A stretch of 64,000 nucleotides of DNA, from sequence record PV683292.1; one strand, 5' to 3'. Source of the stretch: Klebsiella phage HMGUkp2. The translations under genes and the position numbers were made by a program. Shown here piece after piece: positions 52,701-63,045 of this stretch. The notes beneath the pieces were generated by a model. It made no database searches, was not told where the DNA came from, and saw only the letters and a program-made list of their open reading frames with translations. Positions within the stretch are counted from its first letter, which is position 1, and each line of letters starts with the position of its first letter.

Positions 52701-52826
52701 ATCTTCGATCTCGGCTATTTCTACAAAATAGTAGAAGTTTGCACCAACGTCATCCCAACGAATATTGACCTGGTTCGCTGATAGCTTGTGAATACGTAAG
52801 CTGGTGACGAAAGGTGCAATTGTCAT
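49719..52826 (-). CDS. 7: baseplate wedge protein gp7
   Basis: 1035 aa (T4 1032); synteny. Confidence 0.85.
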   Translation of the reverse strand: MTIAPFVTSLRIHKLSANQVNIRWDDVGANFYYFVEIAEIEDENGRLLDRSSLSWRALGYTTENEWFANNLRPMTTYRMRVQSTAAGFEPSEWVETEDFETFEVNAYTFEQMSQFMLMKPFIEEKFIKNRMNYVNFNTAALQASLMAENFPISTEYKDLSQVKQYVLGEDEFHEIQGPIEAVCVDKDRTMLAEIDGNLYLFERFQHMVKVSNDKGQNWHYVRLFSDRVGNPVSRTCVYQSNTTTYVLGYNKVFYGRKSSDVRWSSDEVRFSDNEVTFTKLGDQLNLGFEVEIFGVYASWPGILNTRVEAMTVNNTHLYGVARDTVRRIKLKQAPVDTVIGSPTFGEKLFEPEIIRITGDDLAVCYKMDSIGGKIFALITGRLKSAGLDASDPKNVECVSKEAEAIKGVYVFDEDTLSFRRVFGTTAEERRRIEHGWSSMSTDGQELFFSSGDFRYNEYVPDNELPLEYPAKVTEAISYYAPYQYHHDKHWHMMSFRSNENSGWEEFKPGRMKFYAEPWFNWMARSGNRNWVTTTDHALVVYNNTTYTKYVDTLSLTDPNRILHEVWNKGDGVFYCPNVEFDSFLKYASGIMFHEPDGTLVGFYEFEYRVRDYVKITWKPKNVMFKAFLQNQEHEVPWTPTEDTGLQDPDLVPLVRKMMPDSYLLQDTNFEAFSNYYLQFISKGYGTHYNKLLNLVRDKYPREEHAWEYLWSEVYKRNIYLSKERRDAVVRFFEARKNDFYATKGIEESYKFLFKLLYNEDVEIDIESKNSTEYDIVVDSDNINDDIVGRTIYTASGRCNVTYIEREYVDGKLLWRMTIHNMIGRFVAGQEVKSEKTSFEGMIVVGVRGKELISNTIEYINRSRSYYVMKIRSSLPTSRYRDDVLRFVHPVGFGFIGITLITMFINAGLSMKHVETTINKLKNYKWDSGIPSYYPDRNAAISPSGTIERDAWGDPIYYDNVNKGVPYPCTQEYITENNNSQFQGQGPCERRKRHSPLFDQSAVTFSCYRELVDERLKDNVGNPRDPENPTQVNIGE

Positions 52827-54772
52827 TGAGTAATTGGCTCCAATGTGATAGTTGTGTATTGAGGGCGTAAATCGTTCTCAAATACGATAAGTGTTCCATC
52901 TCTTGAGAAGATAATATCTTGACCTGGCGTAGAATAAAGCTCGATGCTTTGGTCTTCAAAACGATCTGAAGTTACACCAAGAGCCCCAAGGTTCCAATAG
53001 ATGTTATCACCCGGATAAGAGATTTCGCCGACTTTATAAAATTTAGTACGACCTTCTATAATAGGCTTGTTAAAATCAGATCCTGTGTACGGCTTAATAT
53101 ATGCATTCTCAACAATATCGCCGTCTCGGAAAGGCCCTATAACAATATTCCCTTTTCCTAACTCATCAGGGTCCGCTCCGTAAATTCTAACAGGATAACT
53201 CAACTCGGAATTAGCCACAAAAGAAATGTCGCTTGACTCTAAAGTCCGCTTATTAATTTGATTATAGTATTTAATACCACTTTCAGGCAGAACAAAATAA
53301 TTAACAACTTCGCGAACCAATTGAATCGTGGCAGACGAACCTAAAATACTAATATTTGCATCATCTACATAAGTCAGCATTTTAGACTTACTAAATGAGC
53401 TATTGAAGATTTCTACTTCGTCACGATAATAGGTATCGATCTGATCTAAAATTTTATTTTCAAGCCACTGCTCAGATTCTTGTAACTTGTTCATAGCATA
53501 AGAAACTTTAACATTTTGCTTGATGAACAAATAATCCGGAGACATAATAGCAGGAGTAATAGGAGCTAATGTAAACGGCTCTAAATAAGCTTTAATGTCT
53601 TCACGTTGGACCGCTGTCAGTTGTAGACCTGATTTTGGTTTAATTGCAATAAATGCGTACCCTGGTTTATCTGGGTCAGTAAAGCATTGGACTGCCTGGA
53701 CGATATTACCAAAACGAGAACTAACAAAACTTTCATAATCCGACTTAGAAACACAGCGCATCTGAGATTCACGCTTCAGGATAGCAAGTTCTCGAATGCG
53801 CTCAATTCCTTCAGGGTCGCCACCGCCGTCGGCACCAACATAATCAGGAGAATTGGTCCAGTTTTCAATGATTTTATTAACGGTAACATACTGGAGTGTG
53901 TCTGCATAACTAAAATCTACAGCGCCATTAGCAACATCACCTTCGGTACGGATGTATTCTATGGTTATTGTGTCATTGCGAGTAGGTTTTAGACCACCAA
54001 TAAAGTTAGCTTCTAAAACACCGCCAGCTACAGAAGTAGTTTCTACACCTTCGCCAAAGAAGAATTCTGTATCACCGTCAACAGTTTCACGCATATAGTA
54101 AATGTGCGAAGTGCTTCCGGTATGAACCATTGATCTATCGGTCCAGTTGGTCCATTCAGAGCCGTTAACCATTAAGCGAACTTCTGATCTGTCGATATTA
54201 GGATCACGGACCAAAATAGGAACTTTAGGGTCATACTGAATTATCTGACGAATAATTCGTCCTTGAGCTAGTTCAACAACAGGCCAATAATGTTTATCGT
54301 TATCACGAGTTACAACCACATCTTTGGTAGTGACAAAAGAATATGGGTCTGCTGATGTATCACGGGCATATGCCAAGAACTTAGTCCCACGCGGAATACT
54401 AATCGATACCGGATTTAAGTCGTGGGTAACATCCAGCATAATAGAAGTTTTAGCCGCGGATTTAGAAGCAGGAAGATACCCGTTTTCTTGGGCTGCCTGG
54501 ACTACCGAGCTACGAAGATTAGCAGTTCCGATAAAACTTTCGTATATTGCTGTGTTAGCAAATTGTTGAATATAAAGAGTGTTATAAGCTAAAAGATCTA
54601 GCAGTACGTTGATTCGAGAACCAGAGAAATCATAATCTTGGAATTCTGATTGACTTGAAAGCCAATCAATAAGATTATTTTTAATTTCGTCAAAGGTTGC
54701 ACCAACGAATGCTTCAGGGATAGCGTTTGCAGTACGCGTCAACTGGTAATTTACTGGTTCTGTAGTAGCCAT
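52823..54772 (-). CDS. 6: baseplate wedge protein gp6
   Basis: 649 aa (T4 660); synteny. Confidence 0.85.
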   Translation of the reverse strand: MATTEPVNYQLTRTANAIPEAFVGATFDEIKNNLIDWLSSQSEFQDYDFSGSRINVLLDLLAYNTLYIQQFANTAIYESFIGTANLRSSVVQAAQENGYLPASKSAAKTSIMLDVTHDLNPVSISIPRGTKFLAYARDTSADPYSFVTTKDVVVTRDNDKHYWPVVELAQGRIIRQIIQYDPKVPILVRDPNIDRSEVRLMVNGSEWTNWTDRSMVHTGSTSHIYYMRETVDGDTEFFFGEGVETTSVAGGVLEANFIGGLKPTRNDTITIEYIRTEGDVANGAVDFSYADTLQYVTVNKIIENWTNSPDYVGADGGGDPEGIERIRELAILKRESQMRCVSKSDYESFVSSRFGNIVQAVQCFTDPDKPGYAFIAIKPKSGLQLTAVQREDIKAYLEPFTLAPITPAIMSPDYLFIKQNVKVSYAMNKLQESEQWLENKILDQIDTYYRDEVEIFNSSFSKSKMLTYVDDANISILGSSATIQLVREVVNYFVLPESGIKYYNQINKRTLESSDISFVANSELSYPVRIYGADPDELGKGNIVIGPFRDGDIVENAYIKPYTGSDFNKPIIEGRTKFYKVGEISYPGDNIYWNLGALGVTSDRFEDQSIELYSTPGQDIIFSRDGTLIVFENDLRPQYTTITLEPITQ

Positions 54773-55065
54773 TAGTGAATAAACACCTTATGTGAAGATT
54801 GAGCGATGGTGTCACCGCATGAAATTGGATCGGCCATTTGGGCTGCTTTCTTCCCGTTAACGAATACTTTACTCGTTCTAGCCTCTACGACGCCTCCATG
54901 TGTATCGTGAGGCTTCGTTGTTTTTGTGTGTGGTGTAATAGGATCGCCGTCACGAACAACAGCGATACCACCGGTGAATACTTTAGATTGTGTAGCATTT
55001 ACATCGGTCGGAGGATAAGCGTCATGACCTGTCGTAATGCAATGATTGTATGCTAAGCCTGCCAT
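54772..55065 (-). CDS. 5.4: PAAR-repeat spike-tip protein gp5.4
   Basis: 97 aa (T4 97); position between 5 and 6. Confidence 0.7.
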   Translation of the reverse strand: MAGLAYNHCITTGHDAYPPTDVNATQSKVFTGGIAVVRDGDPITPHTKTTKPHDTHGGVVEARTSKVFVNGKKAAQMADPISCGDTIAQSSHKVFIH

Positions 55066-55560
55066 TTAGTTCCCCACATATACGTAATCACGCAGCTTTT
55101 TAGCCCAAATACTCCAGTTACCTTTAACTGTTTGTGAGTAGACCTTTGTTAGTTTTTTCTCTTCAACAGAGCCACTTCCTGGTTCGCCAGGGACTGCCGG
55201 AGTAGTTACAGTATAGATTAACTCAACAGTATACGTAAATGTCTTAGAAAGCGCCGTAGGGGCCCTGAATAAGTATAGATCAGCTTCTTTTGGAGGAGGC
55301 AACTCCTCCCATGCTGAAGCTGATTTCAAATCGTCGCCTTCTCGGTATAAAAGCGCATTAGCACCAAATGTGAAAATTGAGTTATAGTTACCTGTATAAT
55401 GGTTTTGAGCTACAGTGATACCGGTTACTGGTTGGTAGTTAGTAATAGTAATTGACTTAAGAGTTTCATCTGCCTCTAAAGAGGCAGTGAAATATTGATC
55501 TACAAAGTCACCTTCTATAAGTTCTTCTAATGTCGTATTTATTGGAATTATCTGAGCCAT
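55066..55560 (-). CDS. gp5.1-like hypothetical protein
   Basis: 164-aa ORF between gene 5 and 5.4. Confidence 0.5.
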   Translation of the reverse strand: MAQIIPINTTLEELIEGDFVDQYFTASLEADETLKSITITNYQPVTGITVAQNHYTGNYNSIFTFGANALLYREGDDLKSASAWEELPPPKEADLYLFRAPTALSKTFTYTVELIYTVTTPAVPGEPGSGSVEEKKLTKVYSQTVKGNWSIWAKKLRDYVYVGN

Positions 55561-55562
55561 AA

Positions 55563-57302
55563 TTAACCTACATCAATTCTGCTACCATCGATAGTGTACT
55601 GACCTTGAGCAATAGAACTCATCGAAGCCATTGTCTCAGTCCATGACCCGCCTACATTCCAAGAAACCGTTCCTGCGACGACATAAGACATGTTCCCACC
55701 AATATTCATTTCATGGTTCCCATCCACTTTAGTGGTAGCATCGCCATTTACTTGGATATCTGCATTTCCTTCAACGACAATTTTTACGTTACCTTTAACG
55801 ATGAGGGTCCCGTCACCTTCTACGGTTTTAGTTTCGTTTCCACGAATATAAAGAGTATTATCACCGTCAATTTGCTGACGACGATTGTACATATTATAAT
55901 AAACTTCGTTTCCGCCTACGTTAACTTTCTTATCACCGGAAATCATGATATTACCGTCACCTTGGGTCATATCATAAAGATCGGCAACTGTTTTACGAGT
56001 ACGGCGCCCGTCAGGAGCAACTTCTTCGTAACAGCCGGTTGGATGGACCAGTCTATATCGTTCGTAACCCGGGGTATCGTCAAATTCTTGAATATGGCCT
56101 GATTCGGATTCATACGTGTGAACGTAAGGATATTCGCCTTTATAAGAACTTTCAGGTTCTTTGAATAGAATCCTTGAATCCGTAGGAGTCCATGGAGCAC
56201 TTGGGTCATCAGAATCATCTGAACTGGGGGCGGCAAATAATTGAATCATTCTTCCTTTGGCCTGATCCGGCGGAACAGGAATACCGTATGATTCTAAATT
56301 GCCTGTTAAGATAATCATAGATACACGCGAAGCACGACCTTTAGTCTGATTAAACCAAACAGAGTTGCGGGCTTCTTTAAATGCGGTTTGCCAGTCTTCA
56401 GCAAGCATTGCATCTAACATACCTTTGAATTTTGCTAATCCATGGATACCCATTTGGAAGGCCATGTTCTCTAAAGCCATCTGCCTTGACCTATTTACTT
56501 TAGAATAAACAGGGCCAACCCTAGGATGGTTTTTAACATCTCTCTGGACATTCGCTAAATCTTTCTGGAATAATTTAGAAGCTTCTTCCATTTCGATGAT
56601 GCCCGGGTTCCCAGTTACTTGGCGCCCTACTTGATTGCTCAGAATTTTATTAATCTGGGTCATATCTCGTATTTTCTGCATTACAATCAAGTGGCCAATA
56701 CCAACAGTAGGATATCCTTCAGAGTCCCAGTATACTTTTAAACGAAGGCCTTCGTCGCGACGAAGCATGTTTTCGATAGTGAAATTAGGGTTGTCATCTG
56801 GCTTAGCATCATTGATATCTGTTGAATCTGGATTAATACCCACATCAAGATTAGCATCCTGAATAACGTTAGTATTGCTATTATAGCCTATTTCAGACCC
56901 TTGAGTCAGCGGGTTCGTATCCGAACCTAAGTATCTAGGGAACTGTCCTGTAGGGTCACTGAACCCTTCTGTGTAGTTAGGCTTCTTTGTACTATGCGCC
57001 GATAAAACATGAGTAACAATGCCTGATGTTTTATATTTGTCGAGCCATTGGCCAAAAACTGTACTACCTTCAACAATACCTGTAATTGAATGGCCCACAC
57101 CACTGATACCTGCAGAGTTAGTAGGCTGTCCTACAGTCATCCATGGTAAATCAGCAGTAGAAATACCTGAAATAGGCCCTTGTGTTTTTTGGAACGGGTG
57201 AAGGCCTACAACGCGTACTCTTACACGACCTTGCTTTAATGGGTCCATTCTATCTTCTACGACGCCGGTGAACCAGCGTACTTCATCATTCATTTCAATC
57301 AT
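55563..57302 (-). CDS. 5: baseplate central spike / tail lysozyme gp5
   Basis: 579 aa (T4 575); T4-lysozyme-like domain ...DSEGYPTVGIGHLI...; C-terminal beta-helix repeats (VxGxxxVxV). Confidence 0.9.
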   Translation of the reverse strand: MIEMNDEVRWFTGVVEDRMDPLKQGRVRVRVVGLHPFQKTQGPISGISTADLPWMTVGQPTNSAGISGVGHSITGIVEGSTVFGQWLDKYKTSGIVTHVLSAHSTKKPNYTEGFSDPTGQFPRYLGSDTNPLTQGSEIGYNSNTNVIQDANLDVGINPDSTDINDAKPDDNPNFTIENMLRRDEGLRLKVYWDSEGYPTVGIGHLIVMQKIRDMTQINKILSNQVGRQVTGNPGIIEMEEASKLFQKDLANVQRDVKNHPRVGPVYSKVNRSRQMALENMAFQMGIHGLAKFKGMLDAMLAEDWQTAFKEARNSVWFNQTKGRASRVSMIILTGNLESYGIPVPPDQAKGRMIQLFAAPSSDDSDDPSAPWTPTDSRILFKEPESSYKGEYPYVHTYESESGHIQEFDDTPGYERYRLVHPTGCYEEVAPDGRRTRKTVADLYDMTQGDGNIMISGDKKVNVGGNEVYYNMYNRRQQIDGDNTLYIRGNETKTVEGDGTLIVKGNVKIVVEGNADIQVNGDATTKVDGNHEMNIGGNMSYVVAGTVSWNVGGSWTETMASMSSIAQGQYTIDGSRIDVG

Positions 57303-57886
57303 TCTGGGGCCTTTTCCATTTCACGAACTATATCAGATAAAAAAGATTCGATATCAACAGGGTTAACGATTTTGATCTGCCGAAGTTTTTCATTTTCTAG
57401 TATAGCGTCTTCATAGACATCGACTGGAGCTAACGCGCCGCGGTATTGGATGTGAGAATCTTTAGTATAATCGTTCTCACCTTTGGCCCACCAGATGCCT
57501 GAATTAGGAGGAACTTGTTCTACGTTATAATATCTGTTCCCATCTGCATCAACATGATACAAGATCTGGTTCCCACCAACTTTAGAATATTTCTGTTCGG
57601 CTGCTTGGTAACAAGCATCCTGGGATTTAATCCATCCGTGATAAGGATCGTAGATTCCGTTACACATTAAGAGAATCCAATAGAACTGTGTGTTACCATA
57701 CAATTCATAAGACAGTTCTTCTGGACGTGGAGCACCTTGAATGTAATAGTTCTGAAGCAAGTAGTTAACCGCTACACGGTCAAAATATTCTTGGTAATCA
57801 CGATAGATATTAGCTGTCGGGATTATCTTCTTGCTGCCAGTCGTTTTAGCTTGATATTCGATTGGATTAAAAAACGAAAAGAGCAT
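57299..57886 (-). CDS. 53: baseplate wedge protein gp53
   Basis: 195 aa (T4 196); synteny. Confidence 0.75.
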   Translation of the reverse strand: MLFSFFNPIEYQAKTTGSKKIIPTANIYRDYQEYFDRVAVNYLLQNYYIQGAPRPEELSYELYGNTQFYWILLMCNGIYDPYHGWIKSQDACYQAAEQKYSKVGGNQILYHVDADGNRYYNVEQVPPNSGIWWAKGENDYTKDSHIQYRGALAPVDVYEDAILENEKLRQIKIVNPVDIESFLSDIVREMEKAPE

Positions 57887-57898
57887 AGTGTATCCTTT

Positions 57899-57924
57899 TA
57901 TAAATATTGATATATGTATTTATA
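57899..57924. promoter_or_regulatory. divergent late promoters (TATAAATA + at 57899-57906 for gene 4; TATAAATA - as complement of 57917-57924 for gene 53)
   Basis: Both octamers lie in the 53/4 divergent intergenic region. Confidence 0.65.
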
Positions 57925-57937
57925 AGGAGGCTTCATT

Positions 57938-58387
57938 ATGGCCTACAAAGGCAAATTTATGCCAGAGAATATCTCTAAGTACAAAGGAGATGTAAGAAAG
58001 ATCACATACCGTTCCTCATGGGAGCAGTATCTAATGAGATGGCTCGACCGTCATCCTGAGGTTGTTCAGTGGAATAGTGAAGAAGTTGTAATTCCGTATT
58101 TTTGTAATGCTGAAGGAAAGAAACGACGCTACTTCATGGACTTTTGGGTTAAATTTAAAGATGGGCAACAGTTCTTTTTTGAAGTGAAGCCAGCTAAAGA
58201 AACTGTGCCTCCGCCTAAACCTGTCAAGCTTACTACAGCAGCTAAGAAACGCTACATAAATGAAGTGTATACTTATTCTGTGAATCAGGATAAATGGAAA
58301 GCAGCTCAAGCAACTGCTGACAAAATGGGTATAAAATTTAGACTAATTACTGAGCATTCCCTCAAGAAACTTGGATGGAAAGGCTAA
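57938..58387 (+). CDS. 4: head completion protein gp4
   Basis: 149 aa (T4 150); synteny. Confidence 0.8.
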   Translation: MAYKGKFMPENISKYKGDVRKITYRSSWEQYLMRWLDRHPEVVQWNSEEVVIPYFCNAEGKKRRYFMDFWVKFKDGQQFFFEVKPAKETVPPPKPVKLTTAAKKRYINEVYTYSVNQDKWKAAQATADKMGIKFRLITEHSLKKLGWKG

Positions 58388-59217
58388 TGGCTATAATCGA
58401 ATTCTTGGGTGAAGCTGCTCCAGCGCTTAATCGTGCACCAAGTAAATCAGAGCAGCAATGGGTCAAGATTGGTGTTGAATACGCTAAAGCAAAGGCCAAA
58501 GGAATCACAGCTAAAGAATTCGCTGAAGAACGTGGGTTCAATTATGCTTCGTTCACCAAAGCCATGTCGCGGTACCAATCTCGTATTAAAACGGCCGTAA
58601 AGGTCGAAAAGTTAGAAAAGAAACCACGAAATAAACTGACTAAAGCTGAACGACAGTTAATTATGATTAACAGCTTCCGTAGTTCTCTTCGTGAAAAAAT
58701 AAAGAATGAAGGAGCCGCTGTTAACAACAAATCGGCTCGATGGTTCAATGATACCATTAAGAAAAATGTTCGCGGGCACCAAGTATCTAAGCCTGAACCA
58801 GGCAAATTATATGCGTATATCTATGATGCTAAGCATAAAGATACTCTGCCGTATTGGGACAAATATCCGCTGATTATTAATCTTGGATTTGGTCAAAACG
58901 GTAGTTCACGAGTTATGTACGGGCTTAACCTTCACTACATACCTCCTAAAGCGCGCCAGGCTTTCCTGGAAGAGCTCCTGAAGCAATACGCGAACACGCC
59001 TGTAATATCCAATAAGACTAAACTTAAAATCAACTGGAGTCAAGTGAAGGGCTTTAAAGGCACCGACAAGATGATTAAATCCTATTTGCCTGGACATATC
59101 AAAGGTCCGATGATAGAGATTAAGCCTGCAGATTGGGCTAATGTAGTAATGTTACCGCTCCAGCAGTTTATGTCGAAAGGCAAACGTTATTCTGCTACTT
59201 CAGTATGGAAATCATAA
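58375..59217 (+). CDS. 2: DNA end-protector protein gp2
   Basis: 280 aa (T4 274); synteny. Confidence 0.8.
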   Translation: MERLMAIIEFLGEAAPALNRAPSKSEQQWVKIGVEYAKAKAKGITAKEFAEERGFNYASFTKAMSRYQSRIKTAVKVEKLEKKPRNKLTKAERQLIMINSFRSSLREKIKNEGAAVNNKSARWFNDTIKKNVRGHQVSKPEPGKLYAYIYDAKHKDTLPYWDKYPLIINLGFGQNGSSRVMYGLNLHYIPPKARQAFLEELLKQYANTPVISNKTKLKINWSQVKGFKGTDKMIKSYLPGHIKGPMIEIKPADWANVVMLPLQQFMSKGKRYSATSVWKS

Positions 59218-59825
59218 TGCACGATTCGAATGGTGGGTTATTTAACCAAACTAACACAACAAACTTTCTATTAGAGGTTCCTGACGGGAACCTCACTAAA
59301 GCATTTAAACTGAACCTTCAAGTAGCTGCTGTTCCAGGGATTCACATCCCTGTTACTGAAGTTGCTGGTCAGCCTCAAGGTATGCATCGGGCTTCTTTAA
59401 GTTCTGCTAGCATAGAATTCGATGCCGTAGCATGCCGATTCCTGGTAGATGAAAAGCTTGAATCTTGGGTCCAGTGTTACCAGTGGATGTTAGCATGTAA
59501 CAATTATCTGAATCGAGATAAATCTGGTTGGGGACGCAACGACGGGTTCCCGGATGCAGTTTTAATGCATATTCTCGATAACGATAAACGTGATATAGTA
59601 ATGACTATACGTTATGTCGGCGCATGGATCTCAGACTTGAGCGAAATAGAGTACTCGTTAGCTGAAGATTCAGATGTTCCGATGTATTGCACTGCTACAT
59701 TGAACTATAAGTACATTGAAGTTGAACAAAACGGTGTAATTATAGAGGGGCGTGCCCCTATTAATGAGGCACGTGAAGTTCAATTACAGGCCCAAATCAG
59801 GGGCCGTCATCCGAGTATGCAATGA
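59205..59825 (+). CDS. 3: tail completion / sheath stabiliser gp3
   Basis: 206 aa (T4 176); synteny between 2 and 1. Confidence 0.65.
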   Translation: MEIIMHDSNGGLFNQTNTTNFLLEVPDGNLTKAFKLNLQVAAVPGIHIPVTEVAGQPQGMHRASLSSASIEFDAVACRFLVDEKLESWVQCYQWMLACNNYLNRDKSGWGRNDGFPDAVLMHILDNDKRDIVMTIRYVGAWISDLSEIEYSLAEDSDVPMYCTATLNYKYIEVEQNGVIIEGRAPINEAREVQLQAQIRGRHPSMQ

Positions 59826-60526
59826 AACAAGTTTATCTTTTAGGTAAAAAGCGCAGTGGTAAGGATACCACGGCTGATTATATTATGGCTAACTATAATG
59901 CCATTAAGGCCCAGTTGGCATGGCCGATCAAAGAAGCATTACATCACGCTATATCAGTGTCTAAGTATAGGTATTCTGACATACCTCAATTGACACGAGA
60001 CCAAATCGAAGGTATCGATTATGACCGTGAGCAGAACTTGTTCCTTGATAAGAAGAGAGTCATTGCTATCATGCTTATAGCTATGGCTTGGTTGTCTGAG
60101 CAAAAGTATCTGTGTTCTACTTACAATGGCTTACCAATGAACTCGGTAGAAAGAGAAGTTGAACGCGTCATAAATACTATTGAAGATGATTGGTCCGTTA
60201 GACGTCTGATGCAGGCCCTTGGAACGGATATCGTGGTCAATTGCTTTGATAAGATGTATTGGGTTAAATGGTGTATGGACGAATATGCTGATAACTTTGA
60301 GAAGTATAATTACTTCGTAGTTCCAGATGTTCGTCAAGAACATGAAATTTCTTTTGCCCGGGCGATGGGTGCTACAATTATCCATGTAGTTCGCCCGTCT
60401 CAAGAAACTAAAACAGATTCTCACATCACCGAGCGTGGCCTTCCGGTTATGCCTGGTGATATTGTAATAACAAACGACGGTTCTATTGAAGAACTCTACA
60501 AAAAAATTGATAAGGTATTAAAATGA
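59822..60526 (+). CDS. 1: deoxynucleoside monophosphate kinase gp1
   Basis: 234 aa (T4 241); P-loop GKKRSGKDT. Confidence 0.85.
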   Translation: MKQVYLLGKKRSGKDTTADYIMANYNAIKAQLAWPIKEALHHAISVSKYRYSDIPQLTRDQIEGIDYDREQNLFLDKKRVIAIMLIAMAWLSEQKYLCSTYNGLPMNSVEREVERVINTIEDDWSVRRLMQALGTDIVVNCFDKMYWVKWCMDEYADNFEKYNYFVVPDVRQEHEISFARAMGATIIHVVRPSQETKTDSHITERGLPVMPGDIVITNDGSIEELYKKIDKVLK

Positions 60527-60762
60527 GTCAAGATATTATTAACGCCCTGAAAGTACGCGTATTCGATCTGTCTGAAGTTGTCCAGGCTTCCCAAGACCGC
60601 ATTAAAGAACTGGAAGCCGTTCTGGGTGAACTAGTTCAGATTCTGCCTGTAAAAGCAAAAGAAGACGGTTCTTTTGAACTGGCCGCTATCGTAGAAGCAG
60701 CTAAGTCAGTTGTTCTGGCTAGCGATGCAGAAGATGAAGCCGAAGCTGAAGTAGAAGGCTAA
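60523..60762 (+). CDS. 57A: tail-fibre assembly chaperone gp57A
   Basis: 79 aa, acidic coiled-coil; same size and position as T4 gp57A. Confidence 0.7.
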   Translation: MSQDIINALKVRVFDLSEVVQASQDRIKELEAVLGELVQILPVKAKEDGSFELAAIVEAAKSVVLASDAEDEAEAEVEG

Positions 60763-61218
<456 letters not shown>

Positions 61219-61241
61219 GGAGACTTCGGTCTCCTTTTTTT
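61219..61241 (+). terminator. intrinsic terminator GGAGACTTCGGTCTCC + T8
   Basis: UUCG hairpin followed by TTTTTTTTG. Confidence 0.7.
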
Positions 61242-61253
61242 GCATTCATGCAG

Positions 61254-61282
61254 TTTACATCACTAAATAGACATGATACTAT
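61254..61282 (+). promoter_or_regulatory. early promoter GTTTACA-N17-TACTAT
   Basis: -35 TTTACA at 61254-61259; -10 at 61277-61282. Confidence 0.55.
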
Positions 61283-61314
61283 ACTTTCATATCAGCTTAC
61301 ACAGGAAACCAAAA

Positions 61315-61578
61315 ATGAAAACGTACCAAGAATTTTTAAATGAATCTAAAGATGCTTTCAACCATGTAGAACTGAGCATCACTGATTCCCAGTACGGTAC
61401 TCATAAACTGTTCCGTGCTGTACACATTAAAGGTTCTCATGAAAACGCTATGGTTGACCTAGGTGAAGCAAAAGACCTAGAAACCCTGTTGTCTCATGTT
61501 AAATCATGGGGTGCCAAAGAGTTCCGTATCAACGGTAAACCTGTTAAAATGAGTGAAATCAAAAAACATTTAAAGTAA
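61315..61578 (+). CDS. hypothetical protein
   Basis: ATG 61315 preceded by CAGGAAACC RBS; in frame with ORF 61273. Confidence 0.45.
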   Translation: MKTYQEFLNESKDAFNHVELSITDSQYGTHKLFRAVHIKGSHENAMVDLGEAKDLETLLSHVKSWGAKEFRINGKPVKMSEIKKHLK

Positions 61579-61581
61579 GTG

Positions 61582-61610
61582 TTTACAACTCTGGTGGGTC
61601 GTGATAAGAT
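61582..61610 (+). promoter_or_regulatory. early promoter GTTTACA-N17-TAAGAT
   Basis: -35 at 61582-61587; -10 at 61605-61610. Confidence 0.55.
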
Positions 61611-61642
61611 GACCCTATCAAAACAAAGTGATGGAGATTAAA

Positions 61643-61822
61643 ATGAAACGTGCAGAAATCATTCGTAATGTAGCAGTAGCAGTAGCTCTTGGAGCAACGT
61701 CGGTTTCTATGTTTGCGGGTTTTATGGCAGGTCTGCTAACTACTACCGAAAACGCCGTATCCGCAGGACTGGCATTATCAATGATTGTTGTAGCTTTCGT
61801 AATGAATGAAATCTCTAAGTGA
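61643..61822 (+). CDS. small single-pass/hydrophobic membrane protein
   Basis: About 59 aa; hydrophobic core VAVAVALGATSVSMFAGFMAGLL; RBS GGAGA. Confidence 0.4.
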   Translation: MKRAEIIRNVAVAVALGATSVSMFAGFMAGLLTTTENAVSAGLALSMIVVAFVMNEISK

Positions 61823-61829
61823 GGAAAAT

Positions 61830-62015
61830 ATGTACGGCTTATTCATGTGGTCACGGTACTACCCTTGTGGCGGAACAGGCGATTTTGTAGATTGTTACGG
61901 CTCTATCGAAGAAGCTATTGAAGCCGCTCGTGAACGTAAAGACTTTAACGACAAGTATGAAGTCATTAGTTCTTCATTTTGTTCTATAACAAGTGGGTAC
62001 ACCAATGAACTATAA
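61830..62015 (+). CDS. hypothetical small protein (YYPxGG domain, copy 1)
   Basis: ATG 61830 with GAGGAAAA RBS; motif LFMWSRYYPCGGTGDF. Confidence 0.4.
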   Translation: MYGLFMWSRYYPCGGTGDFVDCYGSIEEAIEAARERKDFNDKYEVISSSFCSITSGYTNEL

Positions 62016-62382
62016 ATTATACGGCGATTTCGAAGCTAATCCACATACTCGGCCTAATTGCCGCATCTTATGTGGTTCGTTTGAAACCTATCAAGATGCT
62101 TTAGAATATGCCCGTGACTTAAGTTATTCGTTTATCGAAATCACGGACCAGCAAGGTAACTTGGTAGATGCTTCCGGCTGTTCTATGAACACTGGTAATA
62201 ACTTTGCATTATTTGCTGGGTCTAATTATTATCCATCTGGTGGGTATAAGGATTTTCGAGCTAAATCACAGAGTATCGATGAACTGCACGATCTTATGAA
62301 GAAACAATTCAAAGATCGTTTTGACTGGTGGCATATCGTCAACCTTAATACACACGTAATTGTGGAAAGCGGTTATTGCTAA
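61993..62382 (+). CDS. hypothetical protein (YYPxGG domain, copy 2)
   Basis: 129 aa; FALFAGSNYYPSGGYKDF repeats the motif of the upstream ORF. Confidence 0.4.
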   Translation: MGTPMNYKLYGDFEANPHTRPNCRILCGSFETYQDALEYARDLSYSFIEITDQQGNLVDASGCSMNTGNNFALFAGSNYYPSGGYKDFRAKSQSIDELHDLMKKQFKDRFDWWHIVNLNTHVIVESGYC

Positions 62383-62678
62383 TGAAAGTATTCGCTAAAG
62401 TAACTCATCCTGATAACGGCTATAGTCACGATTCTGAACTGGCCCATAGTCTGATTGCTGTGGCTCCATTTGGTGCTGAGACGTTTTATGAAGTCAAAAA
62501 GATTTCTATTGGCCGTTCGAGCACAAAGGTCCAGCTGGTTGATGATAAATATCATTATAACAGTGTGAACTTCACGTTCTATGTGATGGAAGACAATGCC
62601 CCTGTTGAGTACGATATCTTCAAGAACGAACAAATGGCTGGATGTATTGAGCACGATTATATTATGATCAGCCGGTAA
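62376..62678 (+). CDS. hypothetical protein
   Basis: 100-aa ORF. Confidence 0.4.
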   Translation: MLMKVFAKVTHPDNGYSHDSELAHSLIAVAPFGAETFYEVKKISIGRSSTKVQLVDDKYHYNSVNFTFYVMEDNAPVEYDIFKNEQMAGCIEHDYIMISR

Positions 62679-62705
62679 TATGCTTTAAGATTTAAGTGAT
62701 ATTAT
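62675..62705 (+). promoter_or_regulatory. MotA-dependent middle promoter TGCTTTA (62681-62687), 12 nt, TATTAT (62700-62705)
   Basis: Third copy of the motif; immediately upstream of the tRNA cluster. Confidence 0.5.
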
Positions 62706-62885
62706 TACTACGTGGAGACAACAGTCTCAAAATGACCTCAAGAGAAGCCGGTGGCTTAAGCTCTAAAACATGGTGAGGTCTCTATTCAGAAAGTTCTTGA
62801 CACGATAATTTGGTGGGAAGTGTACAGCCTTCCTGGATTATTCGAGTGAAGCCCTCGTGATGGGTGGAGAGCTTTCGAAATAGGT

Positions 62886-62961
62886 GCGGGTTAACTTCAG
62901 TTGGTAGAATGACGGGCTCATATCCCGTTACGCGATGGTTCGAGTCCATCACCCGCCTCCA
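62886..62961 (+). tRNA. tRNA with CAU anticodon (Met or lysidine-Ile2 type)
   Basis: Anticodon arm ACGGG-CTCATAT-CCCGT; T arm GATGG-TTCGAGT-CCATC; 3' ...ACCCGCC-T-CCA. Acceptor and D stems pair imperfectly by eye (possible 1:72 mismatch), so boundaries are within about 2 nt. Confidence 0.55.
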
Positions 62962-62966
62962 TTAAA

Positions 62967-63039
62967 TGGGATATAGCCAAGTTGGTAAGGCCCCGGATTT
63001 TGATTCCGGTATGCTCAGGTTCGAGTCCTGATATCCCAG
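62967..63039 (+). tRNA. tRNA-Gln (UUG)
   Basis: Acceptor TGGGATA/TATCCCA; anticodon arm CCGGA-TTTTGAT-TCCGG; T arm TCAGG-TTCGAGT-CCTGA; T4 also carries tRNA-Gln. Confidence 0.75.
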
Positions 63040-63045
63040 TTATTA

